Shown piece after piece: positions 36,297 to 48,806 of a stretch of DNA of 64,000 bases; the first letter of the stretch is position 1; each line of letters begins with the position of its first letter. The position numbers and the translations under genes were made by a program. Under the pieces are notes generated by a model that searched no databases, had not been told where the DNA came from, and saw only the letters and a list, made by a program, of their open reading frames with translations. The stretch is from the NCBI GenBank assembly GCA_013265495.1, contig MU058065.1, forward strand, positions 4,872,976-4,936,975, in the 5' to 3' direction. The DNA is from Vicugna vicugna. Taxonomy: Eukaryota.

Positions 36297-37350
36297 TGGG
36301 AGAAGTTATTTGTGGCAAATATAACTGAAAAGGGATTTGCATCTAGACTATATAAAGAACTCTAGGAAATCAATAAGAAAATAAAGCAAACTAATTAAAA
36401 ATGAGAACAAGATATTTGCGTAGTTCGGATGGAATTCTGTCACTTAGAGAAATGTGGTCAGAGATGCGTAAGCCAATGTGAGCAGGTTTTCCTCACAAAA
36501 CCAGAGGTCAGAAGACGGGGCGTTCAGGTGAGCACAGACACCTGAGGAGATAACCAAGACTCCGCTTCTTTCCTGTTCATTAGCCTTTCTTCTTGTACAT
36601 CAGAGACTACTTCCCTTTTTCCAGGTATCGAGTCTGTGTTTCAGGAAAAAACAGAAGGGAAGTTCCAGGGGCTAAAAGTAAAAGACACACCTTTTAAAAA
36701 GTTGGTCTGAAAGTCCCAGTGACTTTCACTTACTCCCCATTGGCCAGAGTTGGATCATGTGACTACTTCCAGCCTCAGGGGAAAACAGGAAGTAAGTTTA
36801 ACTGGGTATATTAAAATCTTAAATCAAAGAAAAATTTGTTGGTAAAGATGTGAAGAATGGAGAGGAGGGCGATGATTAACAGTCTTGCCAAAGAAAAACT
36901 GAGGCAATACACAGAGTAGAAAAACTTAATGGCCAATACATTTAAGAAAAGTTTTCCAATCTCATTAGCATTCAGTAAAAAACAAAACAGCAAGATAACA
37001 TTCCATACCCTCTAGAATCATGTCATCTGTTCACAAATATTAGAATAAAGAAGAACTTTCATATGCTGAAAATCAAAGCATACATTTATAGTGTGTTTGG
37101 GAACACACCATATATCATTATTTTGGAAGTTAATTCGAAAATATCTCATAAATTTCTTATGAACTAAGAAGGGCACCTCTACATTCTTAGAGAAGTGCAT
37201 TCTTTAGAGAAGATTTATGTGTTCAAGGAGATATGTATTTATAACATTGATTGTACAGGGAAAACTACCAAGAACTAAATATCTTCCCTAGGGGCATGAC
37301 TAAATAAACTGATTGATATATTCATGCAATGAATGGGCTAGGTCTACAGG
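36297..37350 (+). mobile_element. L1ME-like ORF2 end/3' region (interrupted by a MaLR LTR)
   Basis: GGGAGAAGTTATTTG...TATATAAAGAACTC...AAATCAATAAGAAA, resuming at about 36891 with ATGGCCAATACAT...AATCTCATTAGCATTCAG. Confidence 0.7.
36418..36890 (-). mobile_element. MLT1J/K-like MaLR LTR
   Basis: GACTTTCACTTACTCCCCATTGGCCAGAGTTGGATCATGTGACTAC and terminal AACAGTCTTGCCA resemble antisense old MLT1 LTRs. Confidence 0.6.
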
Positions 37351-37695
37351 TGTCAACATGGACTCCACAGCTGTCCTGACTCTGGCTCTTGCATCACTAG
37401 GCACTTTCAGTTGTACCCCAATTCTATCAATATCCATACAAATCTCTTTGGCTTCTCCATCAATTTCCACAAAAAAATGTTCTCCCACTAGGATTTTTGA
37501 GAACATGCAGAATTTGCTGAAGATTTTGGGAAGATTTGAAGGAGTCAAATTAGAAGCCTTTGGCCTACTCCCTTTTTGGTATGCCCTTCTCAGCATCTTT
37601 TCTTACTTTCCCACTGTCTCTAAGATGGCCCCACTCAAGCTCCAAATTATTTTGTCTGTACACAGAGCTTCATCACACTTCCATGCTCAACCCTC

Positions 37696-37696
<1 letters not shown>

Positions 37697-37730
<34 letters not shown>

Positions 37731-37733
37731 GCA
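37697..37733. repeat. (CA)n microsatellite with CACG tail
   Basis: About 15 AC units followed by GCACGCAC. Confidence 0.95.
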
Positions 37734-39298
37734 CCTTCAGAAGATTCATTGCCTTCTAAAACCTATGTAAACTGGATAGTTGGGCAACAACTATAAGTCT
37801 CCAACAAAGTAGTATTTTGCCAACACAACCAGCCCTCTCTCTAAGAAAAATAAGAATGCATTTGACATCTCATTACCAACCTATGCTACTTTTATTGAAA
37901 TCGATCCCTCCTTAACCCTTATAATGATTTTTATTAAATTGGTGGTGCATCAAACAATCAATCACATCTTAGCACCGATGAAATATAACATGTGAAAAAT
38001 TCAGTCAAATAACTTGAAAATGGGAAAGAGAAACAATAATAAAAATATATGATATGTTTATAGTAAAGGATAGCTATGGTATGAAGTTATCCTTTTGAAG
38101 GCCCATCCTTACCCACTTTCATAGGTTGGAATGATAAAACCATTAAAAATTGTATTTGGGACAAATGATATAACCCAGCTGGAACTGCTTGCCCTTGTTC
38201 CAGAGAAGATATTTAAAACAGCTAAATAGTAATGAATAACCCTTTCTCGTAATCATAGAGGTATTTACTTAAAACACATATTTTGTAAGCAGAATGGCAT
38301 ATAACAACCATATGGCTAATAATTTACACATTCTGTAAATCATAGCTGAACCCAGGCATTTACTTTGTTATAAAGAAATATGGCAATTTATGTAATGATT
38401 GAGAAGAATTATGTGTTAAAGAAAAGGGAGCTTCATGTTTTGATTATGTAGGCAAGGAACGAAATTAAAGTGGTCCACACTGATTTATGGCTAGGCATTC
38501 TGTGACTATGCAGTCAGGCCTAGGAAATGTATGCTTTATTTATACTCAAGCATTTTGGAAGGGCCATCACCAGCCCTAAAAGAGATATACTATTGAGTTA
38601 TTTATTTCAATCAGTAGAAACTATAGATATAAGTAATTTTAAATTCTAAAATATGAACAATACTTTCAGATTCTCATTCAGAGCCTAAATGCCCTAAAAT
38701 AAAAATATTCCACATTATCCAGCCAAAATGGACAGTGCTTTTCTCTGAAGCTCTCTCTCTGGCATTCACCCACCTGCAGTGATGTCTGATGGTGATCATG
38801 ACGCAGGTAGCAGACAGAAGCAGAAGCACAGGATCATTGCACCTTTAGAATTTCCAGCAAAACCATAATGATCCTGAGTAAGGTCTGTACTTCGTCACAT
38901 TTATTACAAACAATGTAGAAAATGAGACTGGATGGGGGGTGGGCAGTGAGGACAGGAGTGTCATAATAATATAGGTGGACAGGACCCACACAAATGTAAC
39001 CATGTAAATCTAAAACTTCTAGATCTAATAAAACATTTTAATCTCTCCTCTAAGCTTTAAAACCTATCCAGTCATCTCCTAATGGTTGGGTGGTAACATT
39101 ATAAGAACTTAGGTTGGTAATATATTATGAAAGGATAGATTTAATCACATATTTGCAATTTATATACTACCTAATTCTAAAAGTAATAGAAGATTGCATG
39201 CAATAATAAGTAACCAATCATGTAGATAATTTGAATTAACATAAGCTATAAAGAAGGATATGATGCTAGAAATTTATCATTTGATCCATTATGTAGAT

Positions 39299-39506
39299 CA
39301 GTGTTGTCAATAGAACTTTCTATAATGATGGAAATATTCTATATCTGTGCTTTTCAATATGGTGGACGATAGAGACATGTGACTACTGAGCAACTGAAAC
39401 ATGGCTACTGTGACTGAGGAACCGAATTTTGAATCTAATTTCATCTTAATTAATTTAAATCTAAATAGTCATATGTGGTTAATGGCTACCATACCAGACA
39501 GTGCAG
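39299..39506 (+). mobile_element. MER3 hAT-Charlie element
   Basis: CAGTGTTGTCAATAGAACTTTCT.TAATGATGGAAAT...TGGCTACCATACCAGACAGTGCAG; 8-bp TSD ATGTAGAT / ATGTAGAC. Confidence 0.9.
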
Positions 39507-41541
39507 ATGTAGACTACAAATATTTGCTATAGTTGAGCACTAAATCCAGGGCTGCATCCCATTATCCCAGGAGAAAAGGGAGATGAACTGAGCAAAACTA
39601 GCTGATCAAACAAAGTAGCCCTGCTATTCAGGAGAAGCCATCTCTTCTTCATTCTCATTATCTAAAAGGAATATACTTCATAGAGCTTATCCATACAGTG
39701 AATAATTCTTTGATGTGATGGTTTTATTGAGTTATTGTTATTCATGTTGCTATTTTTTTTAATGTAGACTCCTAATTATCACTGTGGAAATAATACCAAC
39801 GCATGATTCAGAAATTTCCCTTCATGGGAAATTTAAATATGTGACTTGGAAATCTGGTTTGTTACAAAAATGAAAGAGAAAATTCAAAGGTATAGGTAAA
39901 GAGCATGTGCTTTTGTCAAACTCCTTCTCTTTCTCTCCTACACACATACACAAACACACACACACACACTCACACCAGCATCTCTGAAATGATGGATAAA
40001 AGGCCATATTCAGTACTATATATTCATAAATGGGAAAATACATATAATTAAAGTTATATACTTGATTAATAATGTCAAGCTAAAAAGGTCATTATGAAAT
40101 TTTAAGTGTAGAAAGAAGAGCACAGAACTGTACAAATAAAATATTTTGTAAAAACTAAAACATACATAATATCAATATCACATATTAAACACAAAACTAG
40201 ACTGGAAGCAAATACTTCAATATGTAAAAAATTGGTTCATATCAGATCAGGTACTCTAGACTGGGGTAAAGTTTCCAAGAGCTTCCTATATGCGAATAAC
40301 AGTTGACAATATGCTTGGCTCTGAGAAGGAACGGACACAACCCTTTCTCCCTAAGTAACGTACTTCATTAGCAGAAATTTCCCCAAATAAGAAATATATT
40401 TTAATAGGCCAAGCTGGGGAAAGTTGCCAGTAACTGCTTGCCTGTCACTAAGTGGAAATTCCCTATCACTAAGCCATCAAAGGATGATAAAGACTCAAAT
40501 GGCTATTGGAGCTGAGTAGGTAATATGCATGGGTGAAATAAGAGCATTGGGACAACACTGAACAGTGAATTGTGTGCTCTTTTAAGATGTAACTGCTGCT
40601 GAGTTCCAGGTGCTTATAAGGTGCTCACTGTATGGTATGGCCAGGTATTCTCAATTTTTCAAGAGTAGCCAGGTATCCACGTTTATATGATAAATTTCCC
40701 AAATTAAAACATGTAGGGGAGAAAACAATCAAAGGAATATAAAGCTCTAGGCAGCACACCTATGCATGACCATGGACCAGACTGTAACTATAGATGATTT
40801 TATGACTTTTGCAAAAGATCAAAATGTAGAAGAGGGAATACTCAGGCATGTGTGAGTAGTAGCTGAAATAGATTTTTCTATTCATGAGGTTCCCAAAATC
40901 TATATTCTTATGCCATATTGCTCTTTTTCTTTTACTGAAATTTCTATTACACTTTCTGACTACCTTTCAGGACCAGGGCACCCATTATCCTGGGTTCTCT
41001 TTCTCAGTCAGAGAGACTCCTTGGGGGTCTAGGACACATCCTGCCTTTGAATTCTCTGCTATGTGGACTAAACTTATTGATGGGCAAAATAAACTTCTGC
41101 GGATTTAGAAGGTTTCCTGCCCTCAAAACCCATCACCAGATGGCAGAGGTTTATAATTAGTCATTTGGATTAAGAAATCATCTTTCAGGGAAAAAAAAAA
41201 ATACAGAATTAGATCCACACTAAGGTGTCAGGGTTTTGCCCAAGAGCACATCACCAGAAAGGAAGTTAAAAGAAAGCTTAGGAGGCCCGAATGTTAATGC
41301 ATATAATGATAAACACCTTATGTTTCTATCATGTTTTCTAAATTTCAAAGCATGTTCATGTATTTCCTATTTTATCTCCTTTCCTCAAATCTTTATCACT
41401 TGGTCATGAGATTTTAATGTTCTCTTTACAAAAATGTCTCCAACCTCATGTATAAACTTAAGAGCAGAAATTTCATAGCTTAGTATTTTTCTTATAATTT
41501 AATCTGTGCTCTTATATATGAATATTCTGTAACACAAAGAT

Positions 41542-41915
41542 TGTTATGTACTAAATTGTGTTCCCCCAAAATGCATATGCAGAAGTCCTAATCACTAGTC
41601 CCCATGTGACTGCATTTGGAGACAGGTCTTTTAGGAGGTAATTAAGGCTAAGTGAGGTCATAAGAGGGGACACTTAATCCAGTATGACTAGTGTCCTTAT
41701 AAGAAAAGAGATGCCAGGGATGTGTGTACACTTAGGAAAGGCCATGTGAGGACACGGCAAGAAGTCTGCAAGGCAAGGAAAGAGGTTGTGGGAGAAACCA
41801 AACCTGCTGACACCTTGGTCTTGGACTTTCAGCCTCCAAAACTGTGAGAAGCAAAATTTTGTTGTCTAAGCCACTCTGTAGTATTTCAGTACAGCAGCCC
41901 TAGAAGACAAAGACA
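41542..41915 (+). mobile_element. MLT1B-like MaLR solo LTR
   Basis: TGTTATG..CTAAATTGTGTTCCCCCAAAAT...TTGGACTTTCAGCCTCCAAAACTGTGAG...CAGCAGCCCTAG..GACA; TSD AAGAT / AAGCT. Confidence 0.9.
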
Positions 41916-43599
41916 AAGCTATTAAGGATAACCTAGATTTCCTTGTTCTATGGAATTCAATCTCTTTGTAGGGTTTGAGTTCGACCCCACGTTGACTGAG
42001 CAATCATCATTCAATAGAATTGACTACACAGTGACCCAAAGTAACTATTAGGATGGCCTAAAACACTGGAGCAATTATTTCTCAATTCAGTGATCTATGA
42101 ATTGTGAGCATCTGAACCTTATCTCCTTATTCTGAAATATGGTCAAATTGTTTTAGACTCCATTAGCAATTAAATCAAACAGATCCTATGCTCACCCAAT
42201 TAATTGTTAAGAAATCAACTAAATCTATCTCAAAATAATGATTGGGTCTGTGCAGACTAAAATTAATCATATTCTGTGCAACTTGACAATAAATCCTATT
42301 ATAGCTTCATTAAATTAGAAATTGTAAAATATACTTTATTAAGCTACTTTTTCCCGCAAGTTTTTATCATCATAGTTCTTCTGAGAAAGCACTAAAATCA
42401 TAATGAGTTCTCCATCTCATCCCTAATGCGCTCATCACAATAGAGTGAACAATTGAGGTCTCAAAAACCTGAATGCACAAGACAAGGCAAGTTCATAGAG
42501 ACATTCATTGTGTAAGAGTAATTTGTGGGAGATTTACAGAGATATGGAAGATGTGAAATAAGACACAGAACAAAAAATTCACAGATGTCACTTGAAGTCA
42601 GCATAATGTTGAAAGACAATCCTGAAGCTATACCAGAGTGAATAATACGGAAAAGATAAGAAATTTCTCCATTTTGTTTCTCTCAGAAAACAAGCATAGG
42701 ATTATCTTTCCTAAAAGAAGCATCTATTGGTATATTTCTGATTCTGGCTTTGACAAAAGAGAGAGTATCATATTTGCCATTCCACTATAAATACTTACAA
42801 AATTGGGCAAAAATATATGAAGCAGTTGTTTTCATGCACCAAAAAACACAGGATGCATGTCTGTAATCTTTGAGAAAAAGCGTGCACAGGAGGTGATTAT
42901 CACAGTCATCTGAGCTTTCTGCCAGGGATCACAGCCATGTCTTCATACAAGGAAGTGAAGCCAAATAGGGGGCAGTAGTTTCCTCATTCCAGGAAAGCTG
43001 AGACTACACTTTCAAGGCTTTTGAGGTAGTTGGAATTTATGCAGCAGAATGTCAGGGAGAAAAAACGTATACAGAGAGGAAGCTCCAAGCATCCAGGTAT
43101 AGGTTTCCTCCCCTGCCTTGGGCAGAAGGGATATTTTAGAGCCCACATGGTACAGGGAAATGTTAAGAGTTCCACCCAGCCACAGCCAAGAAGCCTCAGG
43201 AAGACTGTTGTTTGCTCAGTTGAAACAGCAGAAAGAATGTGCCTTGGGAGTAAAATCCATGCCCTACGGTAAGGATTCCATTAGACTCAAGCTAACAAAC
43301 CCTAAAACCAAGCTTTGATAGAATCAAGCTGATGGGACAGTGAATTAACTGACTGACAAAATAAAACTTAACACTCTCTAAAGGAAACAAGGTTCAGAAT
43401 TTCCCTGAAATATCAACAATAGCTAGCATTTAATAAAAAAATAATTACCTAATGTATAGAGAAGCATGAAATTGGAATCCATAACTGGAAAAACATTACC
43501 TGGATGGTAATGTTAATGTATGTTCTGTTTATATATGTATATGTGTATATATGTATGTATGTATGTCTTATGTGTGTGCACTTTAAAATATAACTTTTA

Positions 43600-44085
43600 T
43601 TATTAGTGAGTTCTGCCAAGGCCAGCAGATCAGGAGACAACTGCCATTGTAACATTTACAGATCCTAAGAGAAGAGCACATGCTATGCCATGGGGAGTCA
43701 CATGGGAAAAGTACCAGGGTTGATCAGTAAGCCAAGGAATCAAGGGGAAAATGTGAGCAAGAATCTCTATTGTGGTTTCCATGTGGAGGAAAAGACAAGG
43801 CAAGTTTAGGATTATGTATAAGTATAAATAGGCTGAGAATTTGCTAGTGTGAATAATTTTAATGGGCTCTGGGCATAGGGGCTGATACCTGGCCCTAAAG
43901 TGATGAAGGCAGGTGGAGAGTGCCCCAGACTATTAGAACCCAAAAGAAGAGGTGGCTGGAGGTGTAGGCTCTAGATTGATTGGTTTGTATATGAAAGACA
44001 CACTCACAAGCAAGTTGATTACTATGTGTAGGAACTGACTAGCCCCAGGATGGCCATTGCTTTCAGGGTCAGTGAGGCTCCAAAA
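43600..44085. mobile_element. ERVL-class LTR (MER54/MER74-like)
   Basis: GGCCAGCAGATCAGGAGACAACTGCCATTG...GATTGGTTTGTATATGAAAG...AGCCCCAGGA...CAGGGTCAGTGAGGCTCCA; subfamily and orientation uncertain. Confidence 0.55.
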
Positions 44086-45077
44086 CCAGAAATTAAAAAA
44101 ATAAACAGTGTGCACATGCATGTGTGTGATCAAAGATTTACGGAAAATAATAATCGAATGAACAAACAAATAATCTTAGCCAAGAAATAGCAGCAATTTA
44201 AATAGCACATGATTATTCTAGACCTGTAGGTAAATAAATTAAACTCAATAAATGGGCTGAATAGCAGATTAAAAACTAAAAAAGGTTCAGTAGACTTGAA
44301 AATGGGGCAATAGATAGTATCCACACTTATGCAAGAAAGAAAAACACAGAAAAAAAATAAGAAATGGAGTCTTAAAGATAGAAAGTATCAACTGACCTAA
44401 TGTTTTTATGATTGGAATACTAGAATTAAATAAAAGAGAAAGAGAGAGAGAAAAGCCCAGAAAAATATTGATAAAATAATACTAGGCCAAATTTTTTTTC
44501 AAATTGTAAAAAACATACTAAATCACAAATTTGAGAAACTTAAAAAAATGTGAGCAAAAGAAACACAAAGAAAATCACAGCTAGATGTCAAAATAAAATC
44601 TCTGAAATCCAAAACTAAGAAAAAATTATTAAAATCAGTAAGAATAAAAATATTATATACACAGGAAATGATGAACAACACTATTCAAGTGCTGAAAAAT
44701 ACCAAAAACTATCAAACTAAAATTCTACGTTCTTCAAAAATATCTCTGAAAAATGAAGGCAAACTATAGAATTGTTCAGGTAACCAAATGCTGAGAGAAT
44801 TCCTCACCAGTTTTTCTATAAGTAAAAAAGTATATGGAGCAATTTCCTTTCAAGATGGAGAACAAGGCAGGGTTCTCACCACTCACACATTATGCTAAAG
44901 ACAGTAGCAAAATACAACAGCAAAAGCCTTAGAAGAGAAGAAGTAAATTTATCTTTATTCACAGACAAAACATGATTGTTGATGTTGAAAATCCTAAAGA
45001 ATCTTTAAAAAAATTACTAAAACGAAAAGTGAATTTAGATAGATAAAATAATATAAGATCGATTAATAGTCAATTGT

Positions 45078-45304
45078 AGATGGGGGAAGCTGGAGTCTGG
45101 CTCATATTGGGTCAAAAGAACTCACTGTGCAATTTTCAGGAATTTTTCAAAATGACTGGTGACATGTTAGTTTGAAATTTGCTACTTTCAGAGTTGCTTA
45201 TATCATAGAAACTGACAAATGCAACCAGTCAGAATTTTTGGTTTTGTTTTGTTTTTTGTGGGTTTTTTTGAAATTCAGTTTAAACATTTATTGACACATC
45301 ACTG
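45078..45304 (+). mobile_element. MER63-like hAT-Blackjack element
   Basis: GCTGGAGTCTGGCTC..ATTGG start and TTAAACATTTATTGACACATCACTG end. Confidence 0.6.
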
Positions 45305-47039
45305 AATACAACTCAATACAAAGTAACAAATTGCTAGCACCCTAACAACGTGGTTAAATATCAAAAGCATTATGTTGAACAAATAAAGCTGGACATAGCA
45401 GTGTACAACTTTTATTCACATGGTATTCATAAAAGCTGCTCCAGAACAGGAAAAACTAATCCACGGTCGTAAAAAATTAGAACACTGGCTGTCTCCAGTG
45501 TTGGTTCAGGAACTTTCTGGGATGGTGAAAATATGCTATTCTTGATGTAGCTGTAAGTTACACAGATACATGTACTTGTCAGAATGCTTCAGTTTCCTTC
45601 CTCTCACTCTTGTTGTGAAACTAAAACTGCTCTAAAATGATAAAATCTTTAAAAAATGCATTAAACAGTACACTTAATATCTGTGCATTTTGTTGTATGT
45701 GAGTTATATCTCAATAAAAATATAATGCAAAAAAGCATATGTTGGAACTCAATAATTAACAGATCAATATATAGCCAACGTGATAGAGCAAAATATACAG
45801 CTGATTTACTCATGAAGTCACCCTTTACTGCTATTCCTACTGCTATTACTAAACCATACTGGACGTGGCAAATCCCTTCTAAATCACTTTGGCTCAGATT
45901 TCTGCAAATAAATTAACAAACTTATGAACCAATAAGCCAGCTGATCTACAAGACTCTTATCAATGTATTAACGTATTTGTGGATAGAGGTACTTGTTTTC
46001 TTCTTTTTCACTGTATCATCTTTTAGCGTAAAACTTGACACACTATATACATACTGTAGCTCAACTCCAAAGCTGTGAAATCAGAATGTGAAACAATGGG
46101 GAAAATTTAATCTTTTTGTCTTCTCTTTTGCCTTTTGTTTATATAACTGTTTGGAATCCTTCTCACTGAAATTCATATCCAAAAAAGTTTTCCTTTCTCC
46201 TGTCTCACAGCACACGATTTATACCTCAATCCAGCATTCCTTTTATTTTGCTGTGTTTTATGGACACTTTATACCTTATTTTATATCTCCATGAAATCAG
46301 TTGCACCTTCAGGGCAATATGACCCATTCATATTTGTGTCTCCAAGCACACATAACGTACAGGTTTATAACAGGATTCAGTGGCCACTCAATGTCTGATA
46401 AGTTGACTCGATTTCTTGCTGGAAGCATTTTCTATTACATCAGTAACATTCCTGCATAGCAGAGGCTTTAGCCATCACTTTATATGGTATCAGCTCACGC
46501 AGGCTTATCAAATAGATCCTGAGCTTGTATTTCTCCCCAAGTGTATCCTGCTAAACCTCCACCACTCTTGGGTGTCAAAGACAGCAGCAACAACAGCAAA
46601 TGAACAGTCTGTATTCTCAGAGGAATCAGAGAAAGGACAGAAGAAGAGAGAAGAAGCTATTGACTAACCTTAGCTGAGAAATTGCTATGTGCTTCACCAT
46701 TACTTTATTTGATTTTCACAGCCAGCCTCCTGTTCGTAGTCTAATTTGGATATAAAGAAGACTGAGTGTCTGATAGTCCCCTGCTCCAGGTTACAAAGCT
46801 GTTAGGTCACAAAAACCTGTTCCAACTTTAAACTCATATCATTTTCATTACAAGAAAGAGCTTCACAGAAAGCTACAGATAAAAGCTAGTTCCACTGATC
46901 ACATTTACACTACCCACGGTATTGGGTTTAGGAGAGTGACAAACATTTGTTAAGTTTCTAAACAGAGTTATGCAAAGCCAAATTTGAACTTGAGTGTTAA
47001 AGGAGAAAATTTTAAATGAGTTTTTTTTTACCATCTAAT

Positions 47040-47075
47040 AATAATGCAAACCAAAAATAATGCAAACCAAAAATA
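47040..47075. repeat. Perfect 16-bp tandem duplication
   Basis: AATAATGCAAACCAAA x2 plus AATA. Confidence 0.9.
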
Positions 47076-47737
47076 TTATACACATATAAAAACGTGAATG
47101 GAAAGGAGCAAATGAAGCAAAGAGGAAAAAAAATTAACATTTCCTGAATGAGGTAAAATGTCAGAAGCAAATTGAATAAATGTCTAGATAAAATAGTCCT
47201 CTACATGATAGCTATGATTTTAGTTACATGCAATTGATAAATTCAAATTTCATGTTTTATCACATTTTTGCTTCTTTTCCTAGAAAATAATTAACTTTGC
47301 ATTTATATTATATATGTATATACCACCTTTATTTTTGGAGAGCTATTCGGCCATCTGGAAACTATTAAATGTTGAGTAAAAAATTATTATTATATTACAC
47401 TTGATATTACTGATGACTTCATTTATTTTTACAGTTTATCTAAGAACAGAAGAGTCTGATGTATTTACACATTTCTTGGCTTGACAGTTTGTATTCTGCA
47501 TATGCTCCAAACCACTAGGAAATAATGTCTGAGGCCTTAACTAAGCGCATACACCGTTAAAACCCCCCTTATACGTATCCAATGTCAGTCACTGTTTCAG
47601 AAAGACTATCTTCCTTATATTTAAGGTTAAAACACTGTATCCTATTTCTTTTAGCAATTTATCATCTACTTTGGAAAGAAAAAGAAAAAAAAGTATTGTG
47701 TTTGTTTTGCCATTTAGCTCTTTTCAATTTCCCTCAC

Positions 47738-47791
47738 CGTATGTTATGCTGTGTTTTGCAGCAAACACTGAGTCTGCCTGCTAGAGCTGCA
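47738..47791 (-). other. Candidate spliced exon (54 nt)
   Basis: Branch-like CTGAG, tract TTTCTCCCACCTTCCTCCATTTGCAG| and donor ACG|GTGAGG in repeat-free DNA; one open frame AALAGRLSVCCKTQHNI. Confidence 0.35.
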
Positions 47792-48689
47792 CTGCAAATG
47801 GAGGAAGGTGGGAGAAATCCTCAGCTCCGTTGTCCTCAAAGTCAAGTCCTTGCTCTTGAGCAGTGTCCCTGGTTTTACTTGCTGTGTAATGAATTGCCTT
47901 CTAATATGACAATTAAAACGATCTTTTCCCTAGTCACTCTTTCTCTCTGTCTGTCTCTACGTGATGATCTCCTTGAGAGATGGGAATTGTGTAGACCAAA
48001 AAAAAATGGTGTTTGTAAACTACAAATTGTTAGCCTATGATTTCATCAGGATGTGATGCAGCAGATTTCCAGGTGGGCTTCTAACTGGCACACTTGTGAT
48101 AGAGCAGGGAAAGGTGCTGTGTGCAGCTCTGATGTGTCCTCCATATTTCAGCTCTCCTTCCAAGGGAGTTCAGTCCACCCCTCCCTTCAACAGGAAGCAA
48201 GGGCTTTGTCTGCCACTGCAGCCCGTGCAGAGAGGGTGCTGTTTGATTACTGTATCAAGACCTCCTTTTCATTGTTGGAAAAGCAGTGCTGTCTTCTTAC
48301 AGCATCTGCAGATAAAAACAAAAAAGTATAGCATTGACTTAGTTATTTACATCTTCAGCTTTATATTTTTTTCTTAAGGTACAAATAAGGGTATTTAATA
48401 GCCACAAATATTCCTTTTGTATCACTTTTTTCAACACTGAAGAGACTGTAGTTTGGAGAGGCCAAGTTTCCAGCAAAAGTTCCTTGACTACTTAAGAGAT
48501 AAAATTGAGAGAGAAAAAAATAAGCTAAAACTCCATGGTGCAATACTTCAAAACCTTTTTTCCCCCGTCAGTTCCTTTTATTAATAAGGTGAATATATAT
48601 ACAAAAAATGTAATCATGGGATAAATTTGTATTGATGCTAGTTTCTTCTAGGGAGGGAGGTACATTACTTTGAAAGTTATGTGTAATTA

Positions 48690-48806
48690 AGGGTTCTCAG
48701 ATTTGGTAAATAAAAATACAGGATGACCAGTTAACTTTGAATTTCAAATAGTTAAGAAATCATTTTTTAGTCTATGACCCAAATATTGCATGGACATACA
48801 TATACT
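48690..48806 (+). mobile_element. MER53 hAT-like element (partial)
   Basis: AGGGTT..CAGATTTGGTAAATAAAAATACAGGA..ACCAGTTAACTTTGAATTTC...CCCAAATATTGCATGGACATAC. Confidence 0.8.

Larger units (their letters stand above)
42740..45725 (+). mobile_element. Degenerate L1M (5' region, ORF1, ORF2 piece, 3' end) with two nested insertions
   Basis: 5'-end motifs near 42.8-43.4 kb, ORF1-like A-rich sequence at 44.2-44.8 kb, RT-region piece TTATTCACAGAC..CATGATTG..GAAAATCCTAAAGAATC near 44.96 kb, 3' end TGTGCATTTTGTTGTATGTGAGTTATATCTCAATAAA. Confidence 0.75.

Noticed and set aside
37300..37759. Overlapping 98-aa and 148-aa ORFs
   Set aside because: They run into an L1 3' end and a (CA)n repeat, with no recognised homology or splice support; a TBLASTN search would settle it.
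42961..42977. CTCF-like CCAAATAGGGGGCAGTA
   Set aside because: Mismatches at conserved 5' core positions, and it lies in an old L1 5' region.
47582..48040. Longest ORF (152 aa, plus strand)
   Set aside because: Leu/Cys-rich composition typical of random AT-rich frames; no known family recognised.
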